A DNA stretch of 64,000 bases from an uncultured Ruminococcus sp. (GCA_902772845.1 CACYCI010000018.1:2305-66304), one strand, 5' to 3'. Positions 39,726 through 48,434 are shown, counted from the first letter of the stretch. Translations and numbers: made by a program. Notes: generated from the letters alone by a model not told the origin.

Positions 39726-39941
39726 TCAGTCTTTTGCGTCTTTTTCTTTGTAATACAGCATGCAGTGGCAGAACCCTTCGAATTCGGGGTCGGCTATCTG
39801 ATCGCGGAATTCCTTGCACATACACTTGGTGTCGGGCGTGGATTCGCGGCGGCAGGGGCAGTACCCTCCGCGCGCTTTGAGCCCTTCGCGTATGGTCTTC
39901 ACTACTTCTGCGTCCGGATTGAGTTTTATCACGGCGCTCAC
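39726..39941 (-). CDS. Ferredoxin:thioredoxin reductase catalytic-subunit-like mini protein
   Basis: 71 aa with CPC-x9-CMC-x17-CHC (GGYCPCRRESTPDTKCMCKEF...FCHCMLY). Start overlaps the trxA stop by 4 nt. Confidence 0.72.
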   Translation of the reverse strand: MSAVIKLNPDAEVVKTIREGLKARGGYCPCRRESTPDTKCMCKEFRDQIADPEFEGFCHCMLYYKEKDAKD

Positions 39942-40252
39942 CTGTACTGCTCGAACAGACGTGTAAGCTGTTCGGCTTTAAGATACCCTTCGTGCCTGTA
40001 AACGAGCTTGCCGCCTTTTAAGAAAGCCAGCGTGGGTATGGCGTTCACGCGGAACTGATCGGCGAGCTCCGGCTGTTCGTCTACGTTGACTTTGCAGAGC
40101 TTGACGTTTTCGGTATCGGGCATGGAATCGAATTCGGCGGCGATCATGCGGCAGGGACCGCACCAGGTAGCCCAGAAATCCACAACGACAAGTCCTTCCG
40201 CGCCTAAAGCTTCGCTTTCGAAATTATCTTTGGTTATAACGGTGTGTTTCAT
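39938..40252 (-). CDS. trxA: Thioredoxin
   Basis: 104 aa. WATWCGPCRM active site. ATG 40252 behind AAAGGAGG (the track begins 8 codons earlier). Confidence 0.92.
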   Translation of the reverse strand: MKHTVITKDNFESEALGAEGLVVVDFWATWCGPCRMIAAEFDSMPDTENVKLCKVNVDEQPELADQFRVNAIPTLAFLKGGKLVYRHEGYLKAEQLTRLFEQYR

Positions 40253-40297
40253 CTTGTTGCCTCCTTTTGCTAACATGAACTTTGTATCCGTATATTC

Positions 40298-40326
40298 ATT
40301 TTACAATATATCGGCGCATTTGTAAA
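40298..40326 (-). promoter_or_regulatory. Candidate trxA promoter
   Basis: On the minus strand: TTTACA (40326-40321), 17-nt spacer, TAAAAT (40303-40298). Confidence 0.4.
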
Positions 40327-40399
40327 TAGCATATTGAACTCAGATTGTAAATAAATTTTGCACTTTGCGCGAAATTTGCCGCCCCGCCGAGAACGATTA

Positions 40400-40428
40400 T
40401 TGACTTATCCGCAAAGTGATAGTATAAT
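40400..40428 (+). promoter_or_regulatory. Candidate promoter of the LRR-lipase operon
   Basis: TTGACT 40400-40405, 17-nt spacer, TATAAT 40423-40428. Confidence 0.5.
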
Positions 40429-40467
40429 GTGTTAGACAATATATGACAGATGAACGGAGTCAGCTTT

Positions 40468-43400
40468 ATGAAACGCTTTGCTTCTTTCTGGTTTTCGATC
40501 ATTATTCTGTGCTGCAGTTTATTTCCGGCTTTGTCTGTTCGCGTGTCTGCGGGAAGTTACAACGGCTTTTACTATACAAACAGGTACGGCGAACTTGCTA
40601 TAACGGGGTATTACGGCAGCGATCCGTATCCCTCCATCCCTTCTGAAATAGACGGGAAACCGGTTGCGTTTATTGAAGACGCCGCCTTTCAATACAATCG
40701 CACCATTAAAGGGATGACCATTCCAAATACCGTCTGGGGCATCGGCATCGCCGCTTTTGAGCAATGTGTGAATCTTTCCGTTATCACCTTGCCCGAAAGC
40801 GTCTGCTATGTCGGTTGGGCGGCTTTTGCCCGCTGCACTTCTCTCAGGGAGGTCAATTATCGACCCAAGAACGTGGGTGGCATAAACGCTCAGGCGTTTG
40901 AGGATTGTACCGCACTTGAAAAGGTCACGTTTGCCAATGGAGCTGAAGGCGATTTTAACGGCGGCACATTTAAGGGCTGCAAGTCTCTTAAATCTATATC
41001 CCTTCCTAAAAACATCACTTCTATATCGCCAAGCCTTTTTGAGGGCTGCACCTCTCTTGAGGCGCCATCTTTGCCCAAAGGGATTTCATATATATGTGAC
41101 AAAGCCTTTTCCGGCTGCACATTCAAGAGCATCGAGCTTCCTGAAGGGCTGCTGGGGATCGGAGCAGAAGCATTCAAAGACTGTACGTTGCTCAAAAAGA
41201 TCAACATCCCCAAAAGCGTGGTAAGTATAGGGAAAGACGCGCTTTACAACACCGCTCTGTATCGTTCTTTGACTTGGTCGAACGGCCTTCTTTATTATGA
41301 TAATTATTTGCTGAAGGCAAATTCCGAACATGGTAAGAGCGTTAGCGTAAAAGCCGGGACTCTACTCATTGCCGACGGCGTTTTTGAAAACGACACACGT
41401 CTGGAACGCATCGTCGTCTGTGACAGTGTAAAAAGAACGGGTCGATCTGCGTTTTCCGGATGTGTAAACCTTAAAGATGTTGTTCTGCCGTACGGCCTTG
41501 AAAGTATAGACGTGGAAGCGTTTTCCGGATGTATAAACCTTAAAGAGGTTGATTTGCCGGGCGGTCTTGTAAGTATTGGCTGGGATGCTTTCAGCGATTG
41601 TTCTTCTTTGCAGGCGGTCGCTATTCCAAAAAATGTGCGGGAAATAGACTCCAACGCTTTTGCGGGCTGCACGAGCCTGAAAGAGATCACTATTCCTATC
41701 GGAGTGGAACGTCTTGGTGAAACGGTCTTTCAAAACTCCGGTATAAGGGATATCTATTGCGAGATCAACGAAGAACCGCGCGGATGGAGCTATCATTGGG
41801 ATTCGGTAATAACCGGTTATGACTATTCTGTGGATGATTACGGTGTACATCCGCCGATCTACGAAAAAATAGGCGCGAAAATACATTGGGGGGAAAAGCA
41901 GATCGACATCAAAGCTTGCGCTCTCAAAGAGCTTACGGCAGTCGATTTCCTTGCTTTTTCGATACTTGCATACGAAACAGAAGACACGGATATCAAGAGC
42001 ACCGTTTACAGTTTGCTCGGATCCAAGGGCCTTTTAAAACCAGAATCAAAATACGGAAAAACAGAGTATTCGTTCAGTGAGATCTGCAGCGGAATATACG
42101 GGTGGTACGTTTCCGATGTGAAAGAGACAAATATGGAAAGCGGATTTACGGGGATCGCTTTCTGCAACGGGAACGGCGAATACGTTATCGCTTATGAAGG
42201 GTCTAATGGCGACTATGGCCCGCTTTCATTTAATGATAGGAATTCATTTAACGATTGGTATATGAACGATTTTCCAATGTATATGGGGAGATTGACCGCC
42301 CAAATGCCTCAGGCGATGGACTTTTATCTCAAGATCCTTTCCGAAGCGAAAAAGCATTCTGACAATGCGGTTCAAAGTATAGCTGTTACAGGGCATTCGC
42401 TCGGCGGCGGGTTGGCAGACGCGGTATCGTGTTTTTCCGGCAGTTACGGTGAAACCTTCAACGCGGCGCCTTTTATAAACGTGGCGTACAGTACCATGCC
42501 GGAATTTATGGCTCCCAACTTCCACGGCGTGGACAGATGGAATTATTACGACCATGTTAACGAAGCTGATATTTTTGTGGGCGGCTGGAATTACTATGAG
42601 AAGAATTGCATTATTCACAAAAACGACGGCTATAACGAAGGCGGTTTGTTCGGGCCTCATAAATTGAGTTCGTTTTTCGCCGCGCGCGGGGCCGACGGCA
42701 AGGTGACTCTCACAGATTCGGTGCAGGTAAAGGCCACTTTGAACATAGGAAGAAAACAGACCCCGTTACAGACCCCGTTGCAACCCGCAAAAAAAATAGC
42801 CGATTTTCTAAAAGCAATAACTCCGATCAGCGGCGCTATTATCAATATGTATCACGACAACGGCGATTTGTATCTGGGCAACTGCGGCAATGATAGTATA
42901 GCCGCTCCGTATAACACAAAAAGGATCTTTTTCGGAGGCGACGGCGACGATCTTCTGGACGGAAGCGCTGCGGGATCGAGTGTATTCGTCGGCGGTGAAG
43001 GCAAAGATGTGCTTATCGGCAGCAAAAACAACGACATTTATCTCATATCAAAGGACGATCTGACGGAAGGCGACAGCGTCCGCGTGGGCTCCTATTGTGA
43101 TACGATTTCCGATCGCGGCGGAATTGATGGGATATACCTTTACGGTTTTGCGGCGAGCGACAGTATTAACGTGACCGAAGACGACAAGTTTGTATACGTC
43201 AACCTCAACGGCACTCCGATAGCCAAAGTGGTAAAATACAATCGTGGGGACAAGCTCATAATCAAAGCGTTCGATTATCATTTCAAAGAATTGTTCAGCG
43301 CGATTGAAGTCACAAATCCGTTCTTACGTCTGTTTGGTATGCATTTCAAGTTCGCGTGTCCTATCGATGTCAGGATCAAGGATCAGCAGGGCAGAGTCGT

Positions 43401-44097
43401 GTATAAAGTGCCCGACTTTCCGGGGATCTATACCGAAGATTTCGGCGTCTTTACTGTATACGAAGAAAACGGCGAAACAGTGAGAGAATTTGAGCTTGCC
43501 GAAGGCTATTGCCCGGTGATATCAGGTACCGGCGACGGAACGATGAACGTATATTTTGAAGATAATACCGGCGGCGCCGATACAACGTTTGGCAGCACGG
43601 ATATCGCTGTTACTCGCGATTTTTCCGCAGAGATCAATATAGAAGATCCAAACAATGCGGTGCTGAATATTGATCATGATTCCAACGGCAAATTCGATAC
43701 GTCTGTCAAACTTGTTAGCGTAAGAGCGACTGTGACGGTAACGGCAGACAACCCTCAGTTTGCTTCCGAGTATGAGACGATAGAAACGGTCATCGGAGAC
43801 TCCATAAGGATCAGCGCATACGTCGACCCTTTGGCAGAATTTTTGGGATGGTACGAAAACGACGTTTTCATATCAAATGAGTTGACGCTGATATATAATG
43901 TCAAAGGCGACGCCCGGATAAAAGCTGTTTACGGAGATTCTCCGTCAGCTCCCGTAACGCCTTCATCCCCTTTGCTGCCCGGCGGGACCGCTTCCTCCGG
44001 CATGGTGATAGGAATAGTATTCGGTTCGCTGATCGCGGTACTTACGGCCGTGTTTGCCGCGCTTGTGTTAAAAAAGGCAAAAAACGCCCGCGAATGA
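40468..44097 (+). CDS. Surface protein: signal peptide, BspA-type leucine-rich repeats, class-3 lipase-like domain, RTX-type Ca-binding motifs, Listeria-Bacteroides-type repeat, C-terminal TM anchor
   Basis: 1209 aa from ATG 40468 (GGAG SD). LRR units (F.GC.SL..I.IP) at ~40600-41760. GHSLG nucleophile elbow at 42391-42405. GGDGDDLLD and GGEGKDVLI at 42934-43017. FLGWYENDV at ~43840. TM at 43999-44070 plus a KKAKNARE tail. Confidence 0.85.
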   Translation: MKRFASFWFSIIILCCSLFPALSVRVSAGSYNGFYYTNRYGELAITGYYGSDPYPSIPSEIDGKPVAFIEDAAFQYNRTIKGMTIPNTVWGIGIAAFEQCVNLSVITLPESVCYVGWAAFARCTSLREVNYRPKNVGGINAQAFEDCTALEKVTFANGAEGDFNGGTFKGCKSLKSISLPKNITSISPSLFEGCTSLEAPSLPKGISYICDKAFSGCTFKSIELPEGLLGIGAEAFKDCTLLKKINIPKSVVSIGKDALYNTALYRSLTWSNGLLYYDNYLLKANSEHGKSVSVKAGTLLIADGVFENDTRLERIVVCDSVKRTGRSAFSGCVNLKDVVLPYGLESIDVEAFSGCINLKEVDLPGGLVSIGWDAFSDCSSLQAVAIPKNVREIDSNAFAGCTSLKEITIPIGVERLGETVFQNSGIRDIYCEINEEPRGWSYHWDSVITGYDYSVDDYGVHPPIYEKIGAKIHWGEKQIDIKACALKELTAVDFLAFSILAYETEDTDIKSTVYSLLGSKGLLKPESKYGKTEYSFSEICSGIYGWYVSDVKETNMESGFTGIAFCNGNGEYVIAYEGSNGDYGPLSFNDRNSFNDWYMNDFPMYMGRLTAQMPQAMDFYLKILSEAKKHSDNAVQSIAVTGHSLGGGLADAVSCFSGSYGETFNAAPFINVAYSTMPEFMAPNFHGVDRWNYYDHVNEADIFVGGWNYYEKNCIIHKNDGYNEGGLFGPHKLSSFFAARGADGKVTLTDSVQVKATLNIGRKQTPLQTPLQPAKKIADFLKAITPISGAIINMYHDNGDLYLGNCGNDSIAAPYNTKRIFFGGDGDDLLDGSAAGSSVFVGGEGKDVLIGSKNNDIYLISKDDLTEGDSVRVGSYCDTISDRGGIDGIYLYGFAASDSINVTEDDKFVYVNLNGTPIAKVVKYNRGDKLIIKAFDYHFKELFSAIEVTNPFLRLFGMHFKFACPIDVRIKDQQGRVVYKVPDFPGIYTEDFGVFTVYEENGETVREFELAEGYCPVISGTGDGTMNVYFEDNTGGADTTFGSTDIAVTRDFSAEINIEDPNNAVLNIDHDSNGKFDTSVKLVSVRATVTVTADNPQFASEYETIETVIGDSIRISAYVDPLAEFLGWYENDVFISNELTLIYNVKGDARIKAVYGDSPSAPVTPSSPLLPGGTASSGMVIGIVFGSLIAVLTAVFAALVLKKAKNARE

Positions 44098-44128
44098 CGG
44101 GCTTGCGCATACCGAAAGGAGAAAACTT

Positions 44129-44626
44129 ATGAAAAGATCGTTTGCTTTATTGCTCGCCGTGCTGACCGCGGCGGCGTTCCTGGGCTTTGCGGCGCTGGCG
44201 GAAACTCCGTCTACGCTTCCCGGGCAGGAGACATCCGGCGAAATGTGCCGTATAAGCATCAGCAACAAAGAATGCTTTTTCGTGTACGCCGGCACGCGTG
44301 ACACCGTCCCCAACCAACTCGCGGCGGGTACCGAATTCAGTTTCAACATAGTGTTCGACCCGGGCAAGAGCTCAAAGACCGTAACGGTTTATGCCAACGG
44401 GACCGAGATACCCCTTGTCGACGGCAAGTACACCTACACCATCAACGAAGACACCGTCTTCGACGTCGTCACTGACGGCAGCCGTCCTTCCGCATCGTCC
44501 GGAAAAGGGCTCAGCGTAGGCGAAATACTGCTTATCGCGGGCGGCGTGGCGCTTGTGGGCGTGGTCGCGTGGATAGTGCTTGCCAACAAACGCGAAGAAA
44601 AGAAAGCGGGGAACAATAAGAAATGA
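44129..44626 (+). CDS. Small exported protein with C-terminal membrane anchor (hypothetical)
   Basis: 165 aa. Signal peptide ...GFAALA|E, ~100-aa beta-rich middle, TM ILLIAGGVALVGVVAWIVL, basic tail. AAGGAG SD. Confidence 0.62.
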   Translation: MKRSFALLLAVLTAAAFLGFAALAETPSTLPGQETSGEMCRISISNKECFFVYAGTRDTVPNQLAAGTEFSFNIVFDPGKSSKTVTVYANGTEIPLVDGKYTYTINEDTVFDVVTDGSRPSASSGKGLSVGEILLIAGGVALVGVVAWIVLANKREEKKAGNNKK

Positions 44627-46869
44627 AGCTTTGCGACGTTTTCGTTTCGGCTTCCGCGGAAAAGAACGAGTTTTCACGTCATGTGGCGGCGCCTTACATA
44701 AGGAAGAGCTTTAACCTGACCGCAGCACCGCAAAAGGCGGAGCTTTGCGTATGCGGGCTCGGCTTTTACCGCCTTTTCGTCAACGGCAGGGAACTGACCC
44801 GCGGCGTGCTGGCTCCGTATATATCCAATCCGGATGACATTTGCTGCTACGATATCTACGACCTTAAAAACGTGCTCCGCGCAGGGAAAAACGCCGTCAC
44901 TTTCCTTTTGGGGAACGGTATGCAGAACTGCATCGGCGGCGCGGTATGGGATTTTGAAAAAGCGGCGTTCCGCTCTTCGCCCAAGCTGGCGGCCGCGCTT
45001 GAATGCGACGGCGAGACCGTGTTCGGTTCAATGGAAGATGCCGTCTGCGCCGATTCGCCCGTAACTTTTGACGATCTGCGTTCGGGCGAGCATTACGATA
45101 TGCGCCGTTACGACAGCGCCGTGTTTTCTGCCGATTACGACGACAGCGCGTGGAAAAAGGCCGTCAGAGTCGCGGCGCCAAAGGGTGAAAAGCGCGTGCG
45201 CGTTTCCGAACCCGTGGTGATCTCGCATTATCTGCACGGCCGGCTTATAGGCAAGGGGACCTTGAAAGAGCCCGAAAAGCCCATGAAAAACGGGGAATAT
45301 CCGCTCCCCGCCGACGAAGTCATAAGCACCGGATACGTCTACGATTTCGGCGTCAACACCGCCGGTATGTTCCGGTTGGAGCTCAACGCACGCGCCGGGC
45401 AAAAGGTGATCCTGCAGTTCGGCGAAGTTTACGAAAACGGCGTGCTCGACGTAACGCAGATGTATTTTCTGCCCCACGGCTACGACCATCGCGCGGTGCT
45501 CGTCTGCCGTGACGGCGAAAATATCTGTTCGCCTTCGTTCACCTATTTCGGCGCGCGCTACTGCCTGGTCTACGGCATAGACGAAGAGCAGGCCAAAACG
45601 CTCACGCTCGATTTCGGCGTGTGCCACAGCGATCTTGAACGGCGCGGATTTTTCGCGTGTTCAAATCCCGTCGCCAACGCGCTTTACGCAAACTGTATCC
45701 GTTCTGATCTTGCCAATTTCGTGCATTTTCCCACGGATTGCCCTCAGCGCGAAAAGAACGGCTGGACCGGCGACGCTTCGGTCTCGGCCGAACAGTTCAT
45801 GACCAATTTTGAATGCCTGCGGTCGTTTTCCGAATGGCTCAAACATATACAAAAGGCGCAGCGCCCCGACGGCGAGCTGCCCGGAATAGTGCCGACCGGC
45901 GGATGGGGGTTCGACTGGGGCAACGGCCCCGGATGGGACGCGGTCTGCGTCAATCTGCCGTACGCGGCGTGGAAATTCGACGGCGACACCGAGATTTTGC
46001 GCGACAACGCGGATATGATAGACAGATATTTTGATTATCTCGGCTCCAAAGTCCGCTCGGACGGTACTTACGAATTCGGGCTGGGCGACTGGTGCCCGGT
46101 GGGCGGCACGATCAAAGCGCCGCTCGCGCTGACCGATTCCTGCACGCTTTACGATATTCTTCGCAAGGGCGAACTCATATTCAAAAAGCTCGGCATGGAC
46201 GAACGTGCCGAAAAGGCGGCGTCAAAGGCGGCTTCGCTGCGCGCGGCAGTCCGCAAAAACCTTATAAACGGCTGTATAGCCGCCGGCGAATGCCAGACTT
46301 CGCAGGCGATGTGCCTCTATTACGGGTTGTTCGACCCCGATGAATTCGATACCGCTTACGGCGTACTCATGCAGATGATCGGGTCGGCGGGCGGCCGTTT
46401 CGACGGCGGCATTTTCGGCGCGCGCTGCATTTTCCGTCTGCTCGCCGAACACGGCGACGCTGCGAAGGCGTTCGATATGATCTGCCGCACTGACGGACCT
46501 TCGTTCGGCGAATGGATCGCGCAGGGCGCCACATCAATGTACGAAAATTTCGGCGCGCCGCAATCGCGCAATCACCATTTCTACGGCGATATTTCGGCGT
46601 TCTTCATAAAGCATATAGCCGGCATAGACTATTCGCGTTTCGACGGCGTTGCGCGCGCGGTGGTTTCGCCCGCGTTCATCCCCGGGCTCGACCGCGCATA
46701 CGGCGAGACCTGCGGAGTAAGGGCGGAATGGCGCCGTTCCGGCAGAAACGTCATACTCACCGTCGCCCCGGGCGAAGCCGTGGGCAGGATCGTCCTGCAA
46801 AGCGGGACTTTTGAAGACGGCACGCGCGAAAAAGAACTCAAATGCGGAAAATACGTTGTAAATTTATAA
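44623..46869 (+). CDS. Alpha-L-rhamnosidase (GH78)
   Basis: 748 aa. Hallmark FPTDCPQREKNGWTGDA. N-terminal VAAPYIRKSF...GLGFYRLFVNGREL typical of GH78. No signal peptide. ATG overlaps the upstream stop (ATGA). Confidence 0.87.
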   Translation: MKLCDVFVSASAEKNEFSRHVAAPYIRKSFNLTAAPQKAELCVCGLGFYRLFVNGRELTRGVLAPYISNPDDICCYDIYDLKNVLRAGKNAVTFLLGNGMQNCIGGAVWDFEKAAFRSSPKLAAALECDGETVFGSMEDAVCADSPVTFDDLRSGEHYDMRRYDSAVFSADYDDSAWKKAVRVAAPKGEKRVRVSEPVVISHYLHGRLIGKGTLKEPEKPMKNGEYPLPADEVISTGYVYDFGVNTAGMFRLELNARAGQKVILQFGEVYENGVLDVTQMYFLPHGYDHRAVLVCRDGENICSPSFTYFGARYCLVYGIDEEQAKTLTLDFGVCHSDLERRGFFACSNPVANALYANCIRSDLANFVHFPTDCPQREKNGWTGDASVSAEQFMTNFECLRSFSEWLKHIQKAQRPDGELPGIVPTGGWGFDWGNGPGWDAVCVNLPYAAWKFDGDTEILRDNADMIDRYFDYLGSKVRSDGTYEFGLGDWCPVGGTIKAPLALTDSCTLYDILRKGELIFKKLGMDERAEKAASKAASLRAAVRKNLINGCIAAGECQTSQAMCLYYGLFDPDEFDTAYGVLMQMIGSAGGRFDGGIFGARCIFRLLAEHGDAAKAFDMICRTDGPSFGEWIAQGATSMYENFGAPQSRNHHFYGDISAFFIKHIAGIDYSRFDGVARAVVSPAFIPGLDRAYGETCGVRAEWRRSGRNVILTVAPGEAVGRIVLQSGTFEDGTREKELKCGKYVVNL

Positions 46870-48392
46870 AATATCTGCCCGTGTTTGCGGCGGCAGCGCT
46901 TGCGCTCGCCGCCTTTTCCGCCTGCTCGCACGCTTTGCCCGCGCCCGTTCCCCGGGAGCAAGCCGAAAGCGCCGCGCCCGTATCTTCGGCTCCGGAGCCG
47001 AAGCCGGCGTTCGCTTCGTACGAAGAAGCAGAAGAAGCCATATATTCGCTCAGGCGGACGCGGTTCGAATCCGGCGTTTACGTAAGGGAACAGGTGGCGG
47101 CTTTCGATGACGCGTGCTACGAGGCGGTGCAGTATCTGCGCCATAACAAAGAAGACGCCGATTATTTGCAAAAGTGCTGCGAATATTACGAAAAAATGCG
47201 CGTCGCCTGCGAATCGGTCGAATACCGCAAAGGCGACGTTCCGCGCGTGTATATAACCGTCACGGGCGAGATCCCCGCCGACCGCTACGTCAGATGCATC
47301 GTATCGTTCGTGGATAAAGAGGGCGGCGTGCTCGCGCCGGTAAAGGATACTTCCGCCACGGTACGCGTGCGCGGCAATTCGACCGCCGAAGCCGAAAAGA
47401 AGCCGTATAATATAAAGCTTTCTTCCGATATGAGCGTGCTGGGCATGGAAAGCGGTACCAAATGGGCGCTTCTGGCAAATCATTTCGACAAAACGCTCAT
47501 CCGCAACAAGCTCGCGCTGGACCTTGCGTTTCCTGCCGGATGCTACGCCGCGCTCGATTCGCGCTTTGCCGAAGTCTTTCTCAACGGAAAGCTCGTCGGC
47601 AGCTATCTCGTTTGCGAACCGGTCACCGACGGCAAGCACCGCACCGGGATCGACCCCGGTTCGGGCGACTTTATAGCCGAACGCGTAAAGCTGTGGTCTC
47701 AGGCCTCGGCGCAGACGGTCGTGACCCGATCCATGGGTCTGCGGTTCGACCTTGAATACTGCAGCGACCTAAAAAGGGCGGAGCGGATCCTGAACGCCGC
47801 CGAGGAGGCCATCCTTTCGGGCGACGAAGCGCTCATAAGGGAACGTATAGACGTGGATTCGTTCGCGGGGATGTATATACTCCACGAGCTGCTCAAAGAT
47901 TGCGACCTGACCTACGGCTCCACGTATCTGTGCTGCGTGGACGGCGTGCTGTATTTCGGTCCGCTGTGGGATATGGACCTTTCCGCCGGGAACGTTTCTT
48001 ACGTTCACGGCGAAGAGAAATATCAGATATACAACAACGTGCCCCCGTTCGGCGACGGGAGCGGCGACAGCGCCCGGGGCGTGTGGGCGCGGCAGGAATG
48101 GTTCGAAAAACTCTGCGAATGCCGGTTTTTCATGGACGCCGTGCGCAAAAAGTTTGACCGTATGTCCGCCGCCATAGAAGACCTTTACGTATCCGGCGGC
48201 TGTATCGACCGGCTGGAAACCGAATACGGCGCGTCTTTCGACCGGAATTACGCGGAAGCTGGATGGGATATTTCTGCGCACGCTTCCCCGTATGAATCCG
48301 CCGCGGAGTACGCGTCGCGCAAGCAGGCGGTCGAAGAGCTCCGCGACTGGCTGCGCCGCCGGCACGACTTTTTGAAAAGCGAACTCGAATAA
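46842..48392 (+). CDS. CotH kinase-like family lipoprotein
   Basis: 516 aa. Lipobox-like AAFSAC. EKKPYNIKLSSDMSVLG, WALLANHFDKTLIRNKLALD, VFLNGKLVGSYLVCEPV, GPLWDMDLSAGN. Paralogous to the C-terminal half of 33984-36554. Confidence 0.82.
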   Translation: MRKIRCKFIKYLPVFAAAALALAAFSACSHALPAPVPREQAESAAPVSSAPEPKPAFASYEEAEEAIYSLRRTRFESGVYVREQVAAFDDACYEAVQYLRHNKEDADYLQKCCEYYEKMRVACESVEYRKGDVPRVYITVTGEIPADRYVRCIVSFVDKEGGVLAPVKDTSATVRVRGNSTAEAEKKPYNIKLSSDMSVLGMESGTKWALLANHFDKTLIRNKLALDLAFPAGCYAALDSRFAEVFLNGKLVGSYLVCEPVTDGKHRTGIDPGSGDFIAERVKLWSQASAQTVVTRSMGLRFDLEYCSDLKRAERILNAAEEAILSGDEALIRERIDVDSFAGMYILHELLKDCDLTYGSTYLCCVDGVLYFGPLWDMDLSAGNVSYVHGEEKYQIYNNVPPFGDGSGDSARGVWARQEWFEKLCECRFFMDAVRKKFDRMSAAIEDLYVSGGCIDRLETEYGASFDRNYAEAGWDISAHASPYESAAEYASRKQAVEELRDWLRRRHDFLKSELE

Positions 48393-48397
48393 AGAAA

Positions 48398-48434
48398 AAG
48401 CCGAAAAGCTTGTGCTTTCCGGCTTTGTTTTTTT
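48398..48434. terminator. Bidirectional terminator between the CotH gene and rpe
   Basis: Stem aagccgaaaagc / gctttccggctt (1 mismatch), with an A-run on the left and TGTTTTTTT on the right. Confidence 0.62.

Noticed and set aside
40361-40418. 9-bp inverted repeat cactttgcg/cgcaaagtg flanking the -35 box of the LRR-lipase promoter, considered as an invertible promoter switch
   Set aside because: The repeats are short and only 40 bp apart. The segment contains the -35 box but not the -10 box, and no recombinase gene is nearby.
43975-43989. LPGGT just before the C-terminal TM helix, considered as a sortase LPxTG signal
   Set aside because: Thr is at position 5, not 4, and no Gly follows (LPGGTA). 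The pattern does not fit LPxTG or the SPKTG/PPKTG variants, so a plain TM anchor is more likely.
47062-47072. GGTTCGAATCC, a tRNA T-loop-like 11-mer
   Set aside because: It lies inside the CotH lipoprotein coding sequence. The flanking bases do not form a T-stem or an acceptor stem.
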